Shown here: positions 1 through 10,839 of the stretch, one piece after another
Layout of the letters: the number at the start of each line of letters is the position of its first letter
How positions within the stretch are numbered: the stretch's first letter is position 1
The notes under the pieces: model-generated
Told to the model about the DNA's origin: nothing
Databases searched by the model: none
The model's input: only the letters and a program-made list of their open reading frames with translations
Translations under genes and position numbers: made by a program
Origin: an uncultured Methanomicrobiales archaeon
GTDB taxonomy: Archaea > Halobacteriota > Methanomicrobia > Methanomicrobiales > JACTUA01
Assembly (NCBI GenBank): GCA_964551875.1
Contig: CAZKEV010000001.1
Coordinates: 11,303 to 75,302, forward strand
Reading direction: 5' to 3'
Length of the DNA: 64,000 nucleotides

Positions 1-715
1 CGCCCCCGATGAGCCGGTCACCGCGGATGACCGGTCCCTCCCGGCATACCCGGATTCCGTCGGGGTCGATGGCACAGGATCCGCAGAGCCCGACGCCGCA
101 CTTCATGTACCGGTGAAGGGAGAAGAGTCCCCTGTCTGCGATCCCCTCCTCCTGAAGGCGCCCGATCACCACCCTCATCATCGCCTCGGGACCGCAGACG
201 CAGATGTGCTCGAAGGCGTGGAGGTCCAAGTCCTCCAAGAGAACAGTAACGGGTCCATGGCTGCCCGAGGAACCATCATCGGTCGCAATCTTCAGGTCTG
301 TCTTATTGGAGAGGGCTTCCAGGAAAGGAAGGTCGCTCGCGGTCCCGGCCCCGAGGAGGAAGACATCGACCTTCCCTGCGATGGCGAGCGGAAGGAGCGG
401 TGCGGAGCCGATACCCCCTGCCACCGCGAGGACCCGCCCCCGAACAGAGAACCCCTCACCATAGGGGCCACGTATACCCAGGAGATCGCCTTTCTTCAGG
501 GAGAACATGGCGGATGTTGCATCCCCCACCTCCTGGACCGAGATGGAGTTCCCCCCCGAGAGGGCCATGGGGATCTCGTCCACCCCGGGCACCCAGACCA
601 TGACGAACTGCCCCGGCGTGAACCCGAAGGTTTCCGAGAGGAGAAACGTGCGTATCTTCGGGGTCTCTTTCACGATCCCCGTGATGGAGACGGTCCGGGG
701 GATCCCCTCATCCAT
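1..715 (-). CDS. pyrK: Dihydroorotate dehydrogenase electron transfer subunit (3' end runs off the window)
   Basis: Not in the ORF track because it has no stop in the window. Manual translation from ATG at 715: MDEGIPRTVSITGIVKETPKIRTF...PGQFVMVWVPGVDEIPMALS...YMKCGVGLCGSCAIDPDGIRVCREGPV (2Fe-2S motif). Overlaps the pyrD stop. Confidence 0.93.
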   Translation of the reverse strand, partial: MDEGIPRTVSITGIVKETPKIRTFLLSETFGFTPGQFVMVWVPGVDEIPMALSGGNSISVQEVGDATSAMFSLKKGDLLGIRGPYGEGFSVRGRVLAVAGGIGSAPLLPLAIAGKVDVFLLGAGTASDLPFLEALSNKTDLKIATDDGSSGSHGPVTVLLEDLDLHAFEHICVCGPEAMMRVVIGRLQEEGIADRGLFSLHRYMKCGVGLCGSCAIDPDGIRVCREGPVIRGDRLIGG

Positions 716-1595
716 GGGCGCACCCCACGATCTCCAGGGGGTCCTTCCCGTCCGGGGTGTAGAGATCCCGGGCGATCTTCGCAAAGACCTCAGTGTCCTC
801 CAGGACCGCGCTCCCGATCTCCACGGCACTCGCCCCGGCCATCATCATCTCCACCACATCCTCTGCCGTGGAGATACCCCCGCACCCGATGATGGGCACC
901 CGGCATGCCTCGTAGAGCTCGTACACGCACCGGATCGCTATCGGGAAGATTGCCTTCCCCGACAGGCCGCCGAACCGGTTCCCGAGGACCGGCCGCCCCA
1001 TCGGCACCGAGATGCGCATGGCTTTCACGGTGTTGATGGCAACGATGGCATCTGCACCTCCGCGCTCTGCCGCGGCGCCGATCTCGGCGATCTCGGTCAC
1101 GTTCGGGGTCACCTTCACCCAGGTGGGCCTCCCGAGGGCTTTCACCGCCCGGGTGCACTCCTCGACGAGGGCGGGATCGGTCCCGAGGGCCGACCCGAAC
1201 CCCTCGGCATGGGGGCAGGAGAGGTTCAGCTCAAAGCCCGCTGCGCATCCTGTGAACCAGGATGCCACCGTGGCAAACTCTTCGGGATCTCCGCCGAAGA
1301 TGCTCACCACGACAGGTTCTCCCGAGAGGTGCGCAAGTTCCTCCACGAAGTGCCGGGACGGGTTCGGGAGGCCCATCGCGTTCAGCACCCCGTCTCCCAG
1401 GACCACCAGGCAGGGGCCGGGGTGGCCGTCGAGCGGCTCGGGGCCGATGGACTTGGTCACCACCCCGCCTGCGCCGGCATGGAGGATCCGCGCAAGGGAG
1501 GCGCCCGTTGTCCCGAGGATACCGGCCGCGAGCACGAGGTGATTCCTGAGTTCGACTCCCCCCACCCTGACTGGCCCGGCCGGAGACCTGATCAT
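708..1595 (-). CDS. pyrD: Dihydroorotate dehydrogenase catalytic subunit, family 1B
   Basis: Motifs VVTKSIG, NAMGLPNP, ELNLSCPH, VKVTPN, AINT, GGLSG, IIGCGGI; adjacent to pyrK. Confidence 0.95.
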   Translation of the reverse strand: MIRSPAGPVRVGGVELRNHLVLAAGILGTTGASLARILHAGAGGVVTKSIGPEPLDGHPGPCLVVLGDGVLNAMGLPNPSRHFVEELAHLSGEPVVVSIFGGDPEEFATVASWFTGCAAGFELNLSCPHAEGFGSALGTDPALVEECTRAVKALGRPTWVKVTPNVTEIAEIGAAAERGGADAIVAINTVKAMRISVPMGRPVLGNRFGGLSGKAIFPIAIRCVYELYEACRVPIIGCGGISTAEDVVEMMMAGASAVEIGSAVLEDTEVFAKIARDLYTPDGKDPLEIVGCAHG

Positions 1596-1647
1596 CCAAA
1601 GAGAGTCTGCAGTTATTTATTTATTAGGATACCCATAGTGTAGCTGG

Positions 1648-2514
1648 ATGAGTACCCTCGCCGTTATCGGAGTTGGCAAGATCGGGGGCGAGATCGGCTT
1701 TGTCGCGGCTCTCGACGGGCTCGTGGACGACCTGATACTCTACGATGTGAACCTCCCCCTCCTCTCAGCCCAGGTCCTCGATATCGAGGACTGCGGCCTT
1801 GACATCCGCGTATCCACCGATACGGCGGCCATCCGGGAGGCAGATGTCTGCATCTATGCGGCCGGGGTCTCGCGGAACCCTGCGGTAAAGACACGGGCAG
1901 ATCTCCTGGGGGTGAACCTCCCCATTGCCGAGACCTGCCTTCCGCTCCTCAAGGAGTTCACGGGGGTCTTTGTTACCGTGACAAACCCGATGGACCTGCT
2001 CAACTACTATTTCGCGCAGAAAGCGGGGATCCCGAGGGAGCGGTGTATCGGCTTCGGCGGGCAGCTTGACAGCGCCCGGTTCAGGCGCATCCTGGGCAGC
2101 TCGGGTATCTCCGGCGAGGGATACGTGCTCGGGGAGCACGGAGAGCATCAGGTCCCCCTCTTCCATCCCCTCCGGGACCCCGTGGACCTTGCGACCAGGG
2201 AGAAGATCCTCACGAGCCTCCGTGGCGCCTCGATGGAGATCATCAGGGGGAAGGGGGGCACGATCTTCGGTCCCGCCTGGCACCTGACAAGGCTCGTGAA
2301 GGCGATCCTCAACGGAGGGGACACCCCCGTCCCCTGCTCCTGCCTCCTTGACGGGGAGTACGGTCTCTCGGGGTGCTCCATAGGAGTGCCTGCCAGAATC
2401 GGGAAGGATGGCATCAGGAAGATCGAGGAGTGGCCCCTGGATCCGTGGGAAGAGGCCTATCTCCAGGAGGCTGCAGCGTTCCTCACCGATCTCTCCCGGG
2501 GGCTCGATGGGTGA
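1648..2514 (+). CDS. mdh: Malate dehydrogenase (LDH/MDH superfamily)
   Basis: GVGKIGG Rossmann motif, AGVSR...TRADL (Arg at the specificity position, MDH-like), VTNPMD, LDSARF, GEHGE. Confidence 0.85.
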   Translation: MSTLAVIGVGKIGGEIGFVAALDGLVDDLILYDVNLPLLSAQVLDIEDCGLDIRVSTDTAAIREADVCIYAAGVSRNPAVKTRADLLGVNLPIAETCLPLLKEFTGVFVTVTNPMDLLNYYFAQKAGIPRERCIGFGGQLDSARFRRILGSSGISGEGYVLGEHGEHQVPLFHPLRDPVDLATREKILTSLRGASMEIIRGKGGTIFGPAWHLTRLVKAILNGGDTPVPCSCLLDGEYGLSGCSIGVPARIGKDGIRKIEEWPLDPWEEAYLQEAAAFLTDLSRGLDG

Positions 2515-4951
2515 GGGAGCGGCCCTGACGGTCGTCCCGGGGTTTGAGAAGAGGACCATCACCCGCACCCTTGCCGATTACTCCGGTATCCGAATCGCCA
2601 TCAACCAGGTGGAGTACACGAACAGCCCCCAGGGGCCGGTCATCCACATCTTCGGGAGGGAGGGAAACGGATCGGCGGTCCACCTCGAAGTGACGGGTTT
2701 CCGCCCGTACTTCTATGCCCCCGCGGAGCAGGTCACGGCGACACCCATCCCTTCCGGGGTCGAGGTCGAGGCGGACCATGCATACCGCTCGATTCAGGGC
2801 GAGACCCTCTGCAGGCTCTATACCCGGAGGCCCACCGACGTGCGGGAGTACCGCGATCGGTACCGTCACTACGAAGCCGATATACCCTTTGCCACACGCT
2901 TTCTGATCGATAGGGGCCTTACGGGAGGCGTGGAGGCGCAGAGTCTACAGACCGACTACCGCTCCCTCCGCCCGGCCGAGGTGAACGCCCCCGCCCGCAC
3001 CTGCATCATGGACATCGAGTGCGAGGATGAGCGCGGGTTCCCGGAACCGGGACGGGACAAGATCATCGCCATCACCTGCTGGGACTCCTTCCAGGACGAC
3101 TACACGAGCCTCCTCCTCTCTCCAGGCGTGGAAACCCCCGCCGTCCCGCAGCAGGATGGGAAAAACGCGACGGAGATCTACCATGATGAGAAGAAGATGC
3201 TCCAGGGGCTCGCCCGGTACATCGATGAGAGGGACCCTGATATCCTATCAGGCTGGAACTTCCTCGAGTTCGACATACCCTATATCATCGCCCGGATGAA
3301 TGAACTCGGGATGAAAGCCACCTCCCTCGCCAGGCTGGAGGAGCCGACAGAGCGAACCGCACTCCGGGGCCGCGCTCTCTTCGACCTCCTGGGTGCCTAC
3401 AAGAAGATGCACGGGAGCCAGCGGGAGTCCTACCGGCTGGATGCCGTGGCCGAGGAAGAGGTCGGCGAGACGAAGATCCGGTTCTCGGGGACCCTCTCGT
3501 CCCTCTGGAGGGAGGACCCGGCCCGGCTCGTGGACTACAACCGGAAGGACGTGGAGCTCTGCGTGGCCATCAACCGGAAGAACCATATCATCGAGTTCTA
3601 CCGGGAGATCGCCCGGTACGTCGGGTGCCCCCTGGACAGGACCCTCAACTCCTCCCAGGTGATAGACATCTATATTCTCCGGAAGGCCTTCGACCGGTTC
3701 GTCCTCCCGTCTAAAGGCTTTGCCGCCGCCGAGGAGTTCGAGGGAGCGACGGTCTTTGACCCGTCCAAGGGGGTGAAGGAGAACGTGGTCGTCCTTGACC
3801 TGAAGTCCCTGTACCCCATGGCGATGATGACCATCAATGCCTCCCCCGAGACCAAGGACCCGGACGGGGAGTACCGGGCCCCCAACGGGGTCAGGTTCCG
3901 GCGCGAGCCCGACGGGCTCACCCGGTCCATCATCGCCGAGCTCCTGAAGGAGCGGGAGCAGAAGAAGGCCCTGCGCGACAGGCACCCCTTTGGCTCCCCG
4001 GAGTTCATCCTCTACGACCTCCAGCAGAACGTCCTGAAGGTCATCATGAACACCTACTACGGGGTCTCGGGCTATGCCCGTTTCCGGCTCTACGACCGGG
4101 AGATCGGGGCGGCGGTGACCTCGGTGGGGCGGGCCATCATCGAGCACACGAGAACGGTCATCGAGTCCCTGGGGTACCACGTCATCTACGGTGACACCGA
4201 CTCGTGCATGGTCCAGATCCCCCCGATGGAGGTGGCCCCGACCATCGGGACCGCCCGGAGGATCGAGGCCGCGTTGAACGAGAGCTATTGTGAGTTCGCG
4301 AGTAAGACCCTGAACGCCGATTCCCACTACTTCTCCATCAAGTTCGAGAAGATCTACCGGCGGTTCTTCCAGGCAGGGAAGAAGAAGCGCTATGCCGGGC
4401 ACCTCGTCTGGAAGGAGGGGAAGGACGTGGACGAGATCGATATCGTGGGCTTCGAGCTCCGGCGCTCCGATTACCCCCAGATCACGAAGGAGGTCCAGCG
4501 GACCGTCATCGAGAAGATCCTGAAGGGGGAAGGCCTCCCCGAGGTGAAGGCATACCTGGGGGATATCATCAGGAACTTCCGTGCCGGGAAGTACTGCCTG
4601 GACGAGGTGGGCATCCCGGGAGGGATCCAGAAGGCCCTCGACCAGTACGAGACGAACGATGCCCACAGGAGGGGGGCGGAGTACGCAAATACCTACCTGA
4701 AGGCCGACTTCAAGAAGGGGTCCAAGCCGAAACGGATCTACATCAGGAACGTGAAGGAGAAGTACCCGAAGACCGATGTCCTCTGCTTCGAGTACGGCGA
4801 CCAGGTGCCCCCCGAGTTTGTCGTCGACTGGGAGACGATGCTCGAGAAGACGATCAGGCAGCCCATCTCCAGGATCATCGAGGCCCTCGGGTGGGACTGG
4901 CACGACGTGGACCCGTCCCGCACGACGCTCGCGCAGTTCGGGATGGGGTGA
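2507..4951 (+). CDS. polB: Family B DNA polymerase
   Basis: Exonuclease motifs DIECED and GWNFLEFD; polymerase motifs DLKSLYP, KVIMNTYYG, YGDTDS, KKRY. Start moved to ATG 2507 (MGEGAAL), in frame with the track ORF and overlapping the mdh stop by 8 nt. No intein visible. Confidence 0.96.
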   Translation: MGEGAALTVVPGFEKRTITRTLADYSGIRIAINQVEYTNSPQGPVIHIFGREGNGSAVHLEVTGFRPYFYAPAEQVTATPIPSGVEVEADHAYRSIQGETLCRLYTRRPTDVREYRDRYRHYEADIPFATRFLIDRGLTGGVEAQSLQTDYRSLRPAEVNAPARTCIMDIECEDERGFPEPGRDKIIAITCWDSFQDDYTSLLLSPGVETPAVPQQDGKNATEIYHDEKKMLQGLARYIDERDPDILSGWNFLEFDIPYIIARMNELGMKATSLARLEEPTERTALRGRALFDLLGAYKKMHGSQRESYRLDAVAEEEVGETKIRFSGTLSSLWREDPARLVDYNRKDVELCVAINRKNHIIEFYREIARYVGCPLDRTLNSSQVIDIYILRKAFDRFVLPSKGFAAAEEFEGATVFDPSKGVKENVVVLDLKSLYPMAMMTINASPETKDPDGEYRAPNGVRFRREPDGLTRSIIAELLKEREQKKALRDRHPFGSPEFILYDLQQNVLKVIMNTYYGVSGYARFRLYDREIGAAVTSVGRAIIEHTRTVIESLGYHVIYGDTDSCMVQIPPMEVAPTIGTARRIEAALNESYCEFASKTLNADSHYFSIKFEKIYRRFFQAGKKKRYAGHLVWKEGKDVDEIDIVGFELRRSDYPQITKEVQRTVIEKILKGEGLPEVKAYLGDIIRNFRAGKYCLDEVGIPGGIQKALDQYETNDAHRRGAEYANTYLKADFKKGSKPKRIYIRNVKEKYPKTDVLCFEYGDQVPPEFVVDWETMLEKTIRQPISRIIEALGWDWHDVDPSRTTLAQFGMG

Positions 4952-4953
4952 AT

Positions 4954-5841
4954 TCAACTAGATTTTTCCTTTCCATCCATGAGCATGGTCTCCCCCGTTA
5001 TCCTCACCGCCCCGACGTGGATCGAGCTTACCTTCATGGAGTCGAACTCCGGCGCCCTGATCCCCAGGGTCTGAGTCGTGAGATTAATTGATTCCACGAT
5101 CCCCAGTGCAACGACCCACTGCTCCGGGTTGCAGAGGGCGACGAGGAGCCCCTGCCAGTGTTCTGGGTGGAAGGAGTCGGGGAATCGTCCATGGATCCCG
5201 AGGCCTTCGACATGGAGGTCACGGAGGGCAGCACCGGAAAAATACTCCCTGAATTTCTCCTCCCGGTATCTCCGCCGCTCCGTGCTCCCCCTCGCTCTGG
5301 CCAGGGGCGCCGGGGAGAGCCGGTGGATCACCATGGCCGGGTGCCCCCGGAAATGGGCGAGGATGGGCTCCAGCTCACCTATTTCCTGAAGGGCGACCAG
5401 GTGGTCCGGCTGGAGGAGATCGATGAGGTACAGGTGGAACTCGGTAGCCACCTCGTCGTGGATATACCCTGGCGAATCGATGATGACCATCCCGGCTTCC
5501 GAGGCCAGGGCTCGTTCCAGGAGCCGCTTTGCTCCGGCAAGGAGTGGGAGGAGATATCCTCGTGGTGATGTAGAGCCTACGAACCGCAGGCATGTCTCCT
5601 CCGGGTTGGCCGGATCCTCCCTGAAAAGTGCGAGCCCCAGGGTCGCCGGCGGCCCGATGGTGGACTGCCCGGGATCGAGGTCGAGATACGCTACCCGTCC
5701 ACAGTTCGAAAGGCGGGTGATGAGGTCGCGGCAGAGGGTGGTCTTGCCTCGATCGGTTGATCCGAGCACGTAGATGATATGGGCCCTGCCATCTTCGAGA
5801 GCGGAGAAGAGATCATTCCACACAGCGGGGATTCCCGGCAT
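4954..5841 (-). CDS. Clp1/Grc3-family polynucleotide 5'-hydroxyl kinase
   Basis: Walker A GSTDRGKTT, DLDPGQSTIGPP signature, Walker B IIDSPG, RRRYRE lid motif. Confidence 0.88.
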   Translation of the reverse strand: MPGIPAVWNDLFSALEDGRAHIIYVLGSTDRGKTTLCRDLITRLSNCGRVAYLDLDPGQSTIGPPATLGLALFREDPANPEETCLRFVGSTSPRGYLLPLLAGAKRLLERALASEAGMVIIDSPGYIHDEVATEFHLYLIDLLQPDHLVALQEIGELEPILAHFRGHPAMVIHRLSPAPLARARGSTERRRYREEKFREYFSGAALRDLHVEGLGIHGRFPDSFHPEHWQGLLVALCNPEQWVVALGIVESINLTTQTLGIRAPEFDSMKVSSIHVGAVRITGETMLMDGKEKSS

Positions 5842-5911
5842 GTCTTTCCCAGAGGTAAGATCATCAACCCATTTTTTGGATCATTTTCAGGGGATCCCTC
5901 TCCGACCTACC

Positions 5912-6427
5912 TCATCTCGTGGTCGTCTCGTTGCACTCGCCCCGGAAGTATGCCCAGGCATCGCACTCCTTCCCGCCCGGGAAGATGCAGACCCCGTACT
6001 CGCTCCCGTCCGGGTTCTTTCTGGTCAGGTACGTGTAGTTCTTCGAGATGCAGAGAACCGCCGAAGGATTCGCGAGTGCCGTGGTGGGGTTGGTGACCGC
6101 AGGGGAGATAGCCTGAGGGGTGATCGCAACGGGCGTGGTGACGGCAGGGCATCTGCCCTGGTAAAACGCCCACTCCTCGCACTCGGTCCTGTCGGGGAAG
6201 ATGCAGACCCCGTACTCGCTCCCGTCCGGGTTCTTCCGGATTTCGTACCCGTAGTTCTTTGACGTGCAGAACACGGCTGCCGGGTTCGCGAGGGCAGAAC
6301 CCGGGGTCGTAACGGAGGGGGTTGTCCCTGGTACTGGTTGCTCCGATCCCTTAGGCGGCTGCGTGCATCCGGCGAGCAGGATCATCATGCCGAGGGTGAT
6401 GGTAATAGTGAGGAGGATGGCTTTCAT
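5912..6427 (-). CDS. DUF333-domain lipoprotein (two repeats)
   Basis: Lipobox-like LLAGC; two copies of ANP-x-x-x-x-C...GSEYGVCIFP...EC-x-x-WA-x-x-x-G-x-C. Confidence 0.85.
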   Translation of the reverse strand: MKAILLTITITLGMMILLAGCTQPPKGSEQPVPGTTPSVTTPGSALANPAAVFCTSKNYGYEIRKNPDGSEYGVCIFPDRTECEEWAFYQGRCPAVTTPVAITPQAISPAVTNPTTALANPSAVLCISKNYTYLTRKNPDGSEYGVCIFPGGKECDAWAYFRGECNETTTR

Positions 6428-6601
6428 CGGGTTCCCTTACACGAGTTTGTGCTCTCCATGCCTATAATCATGGAGGAATATTTCCACGTCACGATTCGAT
6501 GGAGAGGGAGATAGTCCAGACCCAATGAGGTGAAGGCGCCAAACCCTTCTTTCGCTCTCAGACTCCTGCTGATCCTTGGGGATCCAGCAATTTGTCCAAT
6601 A

Positions 6602-7039
6602 TTATCCCATCAGAATCGAAAATAACGTTTTTTTGTAGAGGATTCTGATTTGGCCCCCATAATTCCCTTCTTTCGCATCTTCCGGCACCTTCACGCTTAC
6701 CTTCACCTGCTTCAGGTTATTCAGCAGGAAATCCCCATCGCTCACCTCTGTCCAGGGGGCGATGGTCCCCTCCGGGATTATCGAGACAAAGGCCGGGGGC
6801 TGGGATCCCCGGGTAATGTTCAGCGTCTTGATGACCGTCGTACCTGGAAAGGTTGATCCGAAATCCAGTTCCTTCTGCTTTACCCGGGAAACGGAGAATC
6901 CCAGTTGGCGGCTGCTGGTATCGGTGACGTTCAGCGTCACCGGCAGGACCTCCTCGGTCGATCCCAGGGGGATGCTCCATGCGAGAGCACCCAGAAGGAT
7001 GACCAGGAGCAGGGAAAAAATGATGTAACTTCTCTTCAT
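6602..7039 (-). CDS. Small secreted or membrane-anchored Ig-like protein
   Basis: N-terminal hydrophobic segment; LDFGSTFPG...KTLNIT and VKVPEDAKEGNYGGQIRI, a pattern shared with neighbouring surface proteins. Confidence 0.7.
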   Translation of the reverse strand: MKRSYIIFSLLLVILLGALAWSIPLGSTEEVLPVTLNVTDTSSRQLGFSVSRVKQKELDFGSTFPGTTVIKTLNITRGSQPPAFVSIIPEGTIAPWTEVSDGDFLLNNLKQVKVSVKVPEDAKEGNYGGQIRILYKKTLFSILMG

Positions 7040-7923
7040 GACCTTTTTCTTCGTTTCAGGATGAACAGAGCAACGCCAATCACGGCTATCAAACAGATTC
7101 CGATGACAGCGACAGTTGTTAGGTTCAGCGGTGTTGATGATTGCGGGGTCTCCTTTACCCCGCCCAGCTCAAGGGTGATGGCAGGGTAGCTCGCCGTCCT
7201 GATCTTCACGTCCTTCCCGCTGCTCGATGGCACGGCGCTCACCACGGCGGTGTACTTTCCCTCCGGCTGCCCTTGGGTATCCCAGTAGAGCTTCACGGTC
7301 TGTTCCGCGTTCATCCCGAAGTCCACCGGCACACCGGGAATGGTGGTGATAGCACTGGACCCCTTCGTGACGGCCACAGAGAACTGCCCTGTCGCCGGAA
7401 CATTCCCGACATTCTTTGCAGAAATGGTGAACTTCACGATATCACCGGGTTTGTTGTCCGTCGGGGTCTCAACCCTGGTAATCTCGATGGCAGCCGTTGC
7501 ACCGGGCTTCACCACGTTCGCCACCACGTTCGATTTCGTGGCCACCGCATACCCCACGGTTGCCCCCTCCGGGGTCCCTCCCGCGGATGGCACCGTCTTC
7601 TTGCCCACGGCGGTTATCGTCGCGGTCTTCTCGCCCAGGGAGGCATCCTTCGGGACGACAAGGGTGACGGTGAGAGACTGGCTCGATCCCTTCGCAAGGT
7701 CGAACTCCATCGGCGAGACCGTGATCCAGTCCCTCATGATGCCGCCCACCTCGATGACAAAGTGGTTGTCAATATCCTGGGGCGAGTTGAGGAGCACGAC
7801 GGTCTGGGGGTAGGTTGCCCCCTGCTCCACGTCACCGAAGTTGATGTCGGACAGAGCAAGGGCCTGCACGGCTCCTGCCAGGGCAACCAAAATGAGAAGG
7901 AACACCAGGGTTTTCCGGAGCAT
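7036..7923 (-). CDS. Cell-surface protein with two Ig-like domains and a C-terminal TM anchor
   Basis: Likely start ATG 7923 (MLRKTLVFLLILVALAGAVQA signal peptide); INFGDVEQG...VVPKDASLGEKTATIT; C-terminal VAVIGICLIAVIGVALFILKRRKRS. Confidence 0.75.
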   Translation of the reverse strand: MLRKTLVFLLILVALAGAVQALALSDINFGDVEQGATYPQTVVLLNSPQDIDNHFVIEVGGIMRDWITVSPMEFDLAKGSSQSLTVTLVVPKDASLGEKTATITAVGKKTVPSAGGTPEGATVGYAVATKSNVVANVVKPGATAAIEITRVETPTDNKPGDIVKFTISAKNVGNVPATGQFSVAVTKGSSAITTIPGVPVDFGMNAEQTVKLYWDTQGQPEGKYTAVVSAVPSSSGKDVKIRTASYPAITLELGGVKETPQSSTPLNLTTVAVIGICLIAVIGVALFILKRRKRS

Positions 7924-7964
7924 AGGTTCGGATATACCCCTTGAAAAAATAAAAAGCTGTCTGT

Positions 7965-9335
7965 TCACGCGTTCGAGAACGTCAGGATCACGCTCCCCGC
8001 ATAGGCTCCGGGCTGCTGTGTCGCCGGCACCGAGAGCCTCGCATCGAGGAGTGTGTGCCCTACCGGTGCGGTCGCCACCTGCACATCGGAGCCATCATCA
8101 TTCAGGGCCACGATGGATCCGGTCGGACCCAGCTGGAAGTTGTGCGCCGCGAGGATATCGGGTCCCGACACCAGCCCGAAGATCCCCCCGATGCTGTCGG
8201 CGAACCGGGCCTCAACCTTCGCAGGGTTACAGCCGGTATTGTTTAAAACTACCGACGGGCTAATGGTCTTGCTCTGACCCCGGAGGATCGACCCGAAGGC
8301 GCCGTCCGAGGCCTGGATCACCGTGTTCTGGCCACACAACACAGTGGCGGTGTAGCCGACGGCATTCGGTGTTGCCATCGTTTCCGGACCGATAAACCGA
8401 CCGAAGGCAAGAGCAATGCCTTCAACGTTCACCGTGGCTGTAACGGTGTTGGCTGCTGTGTCAATGACTGAGACATCGTGGCTGTCAGAGTTCGCCACGT
8501 ATACCCGTGTTCCCGCCGGGTTCACTGCCACTCCCACAGGAGTGTATCCCACGTTCACCATGGATACAACGGTATTTGTGGCTGTGTCAATGACAGAGAC
8601 ATTGTTACTGTTGTGGTTCGCCACGTAAACCCGCGTTCCCGCCTGGTTCACCGCTATTCCCCAGGGATGGATTCCAACGATTATCGTGGTATTAATCATG
8701 TTTGTTGCTGTGTCAATGACATGGACTGTGTTGCCGCCACCATCCGCCACGTATACCAGAGTTCCCGCCGGATTCACTGCCACTCCATAAGGGAGGCTTC
8801 CCACGTTCACCGTGGCTGTAACCTTGTTTGTGGCTGTGTCAATGACATCGACAGTCTTTTCCATATTGTTCGTCACATATACCCTTGTTCCCGCCGGGTT
8901 TACTGCTACTCCATACGGATAGCTCCCTACGGTCACCGTGGCTGAAACCGTGTTTGTGGCTGCGTCAATGACTGAGACGGTGTCGCTGTTCGAGTTCGCC
9001 ACGTATACCCTTGTTCCCGCCGGGTTCACCGCCACTCCATAAGGAGAGATTCCCACGTTCACCGTGGCTGTAACGGTGTTCGTGGCCGTGTCGATGACTA
9101 AGACGGCGTTGTCGTAAGGGTTCGTCACATATACCCTTGTTCCCGCCGGGTTCACCGCCACTCCCCAAGAAACGCTTCCAGTGTCGACCACCGCTGCAAC
9201 CGTGTTTGTTGCTATGTCAATGACCGAGACATTTTCACCCGTGATATATGCAAACGGTGCTGCGCCTGCGCTGCCTGCAAGCAGTAAAAAGGCGAGCATG
9301 GTTATGACAAAACCTGCTCTTACATTGATGTTCAT
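7965..9335 (-). CDS. YVTN beta-propeller surface protein 1 with C-terminal Ig-like domain
   Basis: Signal peptide ending AGA-AP; six complete [13 protein letters not shown] repeats plus split ends (7 blades); C-terminus ...[15 protein letters not shown]. Confidence 0.9.
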   Translation of the reverse strand: MNINVRAGFVITMLAFLLLAGSAGAAPFAYITGENVSVIDIATNTVAAVVDTGSVSWGVAVNPAGTRVYVTNPYDNAVLVIDTATNTVTATVNVGISPYGVAVNPAGTRVYVANSNSDTVSVIDAATNTVSATVTVGSYPYGVAVNPAGTRVYVTNNMEKTVDVIDTATNKVTATVNVGSLPYGVAVNPAGTLVYVADGGGNTVHVIDTATNMINTTIIVGIHPWGIAVNQAGTRVYVANHNSNNVSVIDTATNTVVSMVNVGYTPVGVAVNPAGTRVYVANSDSHDVSVIDTAANTVTATVNVEGIALAFGRFIGPETMATPNAVGYTATVLCGQNTVIQASDGAFGSILRGQSKTISPSVVLNNTGCNPAKVEARFADSIGGIFGLVSGPDILAAHNFQLGPTGSIVALNDDGSDVQVATAPVGHTLLDARLSVPATQQPGAYAGSVILTFSNA

Positions 9336-9381
9336 CCTTACTCACGCCTCCTCACCAGTTCGAAATAAGACCCTCCTCTCA

Positions 9382-10782
9382 TCAATTCGAGAACGTCAGG
9401 ATCACGCTCCCTGCGTATGCCCCGGCTGGCTGCGTCGATGGCACGGAGAGCTTCGCATCGAGGCTCGTAATCCCTACCGGTGCGGTCGCCACCTGCACGT
9501 CGGTGCCGTCATCGCTGAGGGCCTCGAGTGCTCCTGTGGGCCCCATCTCGAAGTTGCTCGCCGGGAGCACGTCGGTACCCGAGATTAGCCCGAAAAGTCC
9601 GCCGATGCTGTCGGCGAACCGGCCCTCGACCCTCGCCGGGTTGCATCCCGTATTATTGAGCACCACTGACGGGCTGATAGTCTTTGATGCACCTCGGAGG
9701 ATCGGGCCGAAGGTACCGTTCGTGGCCTGGATCACCGTGTTCTGGCCACACAACACAGTGGCGGTGTAGCCGACGGAGTTGGTTGGTGCCGTTGTTGCCG
9801 GACCTATAAATAGACCAAAAGAATGAGGATATCTTCCTACGTTCACGGTGGCTGTAACCGTGTTTGTTGCTGTGTCAATCACCGAGACAGTGTTGCTGTA
9901 TACGTTCGCCACGTATACCTTTGTTCCAGCCGGGTTCACTGCCACGCCAACAGGACCATTTCCCACGGTCACCGTGGCTGTAACAGTATCAGTGGCTGTG
10001 TTAATCACCGAGACGGTGTTGCTTGAGACGGTGGAGTTCCCAGAGTTCGCCACGTATACAAGTGTTCCCACCGGGTTCACTGCCACGTAACCAGGACCAT
10101 TTCCCACGGTCACCGTGGCTGTAACAGTATCAGTGGCTGTGTCAATCACCGAAACATTGTTGCTGCGATAGTTCGCCACGTATACCCTTGTCCCCGCCGG
10201 GTTCACTGCCACGCCCCAAGGTTCGATTCCTACATTCACGGTGGTTGTAACAGTGTCTGTTGCTGAATCAATCACCGAGACATTGAGGCGGTTCGTCACG
10301 TATACCTTCGTTCCCGCCGGATTAACTGCCACGCCCACAGGATACCTTCCTACGTTGTTCACTGTGGCTGTAACCGTGTTTGTTGCTGTGTCAATCACCG
10401 AGACATTGTGGCGGTTATAGTTCGTCACGTATACCTTTGTTCCCGCCGGGTTCACTGCCACTCCATAAGAGCTTCCTACGTTCACTGTGGCTGTAACGGT
10501 GTTTGTTGCTGTGTCAATCACCGAGACATAGTCGCCCCGCATGTTCGTCACGTATACCTTTGTTCCCGCGGGGTTCACTGCCACTCCATAAGGCTCCGCT
10601 CTACCTCCAGAAGGGTCGGTTATGTTCACCGAGGCTATAACCGTGTTTGTGGCTGTGTCAATGACCGAGACATTTTCGCTGCCCCAGTTCGTGATATAAG
10701 CAAAGGGTGCTGCGCCTGCGCTGCCAGCGAGCAGCACAAGGGCGAGCAGGGTTATGACAAAAGCTGTTCGTAGATGGTTCAT
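9382..10782 (-). CDS. YVTN beta-propeller surface protein 2 with C-terminal Ig-like domain
   Basis: Same architecture as paralogs 1 and 3; six complete repeats; ends [13 protein letters not shown]. Confidence 0.9.
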   Translation of the reverse strand: MNHLRTAFVITLLALVLLAGSAGAAPFAYITNWGSENVSVIDTATNTVIASVNITDPSGGRAEPYGVAVNPAGTKVYVTNMRGDYVSVIDTATNTVTATVNVGSSYGVAVNPAGTKVYVTNYNRHNVSVIDTATNTVTATVNNVGRYPVGVAVNPAGTKVYVTNRLNVSVIDSATDTVTTTVNVGIEPWGVAVNPAGTRVYVANYRSNNVSVIDTATDTVTATVTVGNGPGYVAVNPVGTLVYVANSGNSTVSSNTVSVINTATDTVTATVTVGNGPVGVAVNPAGTKVYVANVYSNTVSVIDTATNTVTATVNVGRYPHSFGLFIGPATTAPTNSVGYTATVLCGQNTVIQATNGTFGPILRGASKTISPSVVLNNTGCNPARVEGRFADSIGGLFGLISGTDVLPASNFEMGPTGALEALSDDGTDVQVATAPVGITSLDAKLSVPSTQPAGAYAGSVILTFSN

Positions 10783-10839
10783 CCTTACTTACGCCTCCTC
10801 ATCAGTTCAAGTCACCCAAGAAAAAATAAGATCTATCTC

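Noticed and set aside
2507-4951. Intein or inactivated polymerase in polB
   Set aside because: Length is normal and the catalytic motifs are contiguous and intact.
3248-4957. 569-aa ORF antisense to polB; similar long ORFs at 507-1643, 15370-16416, 17710-18657, 20476-21516, 29331-30827 and 52220-53035
   Set aside because: Shadow frames of well-supported genes in GC-rich DNA, with no recognisable motifs.
6567-6589. Imperfect hairpin TGCTGATCC-TTGG-GGATCCAGCA after the 145-aa gene
   Set aside because: A single bulged stem without a clear U-tract; too weak to call a terminator.
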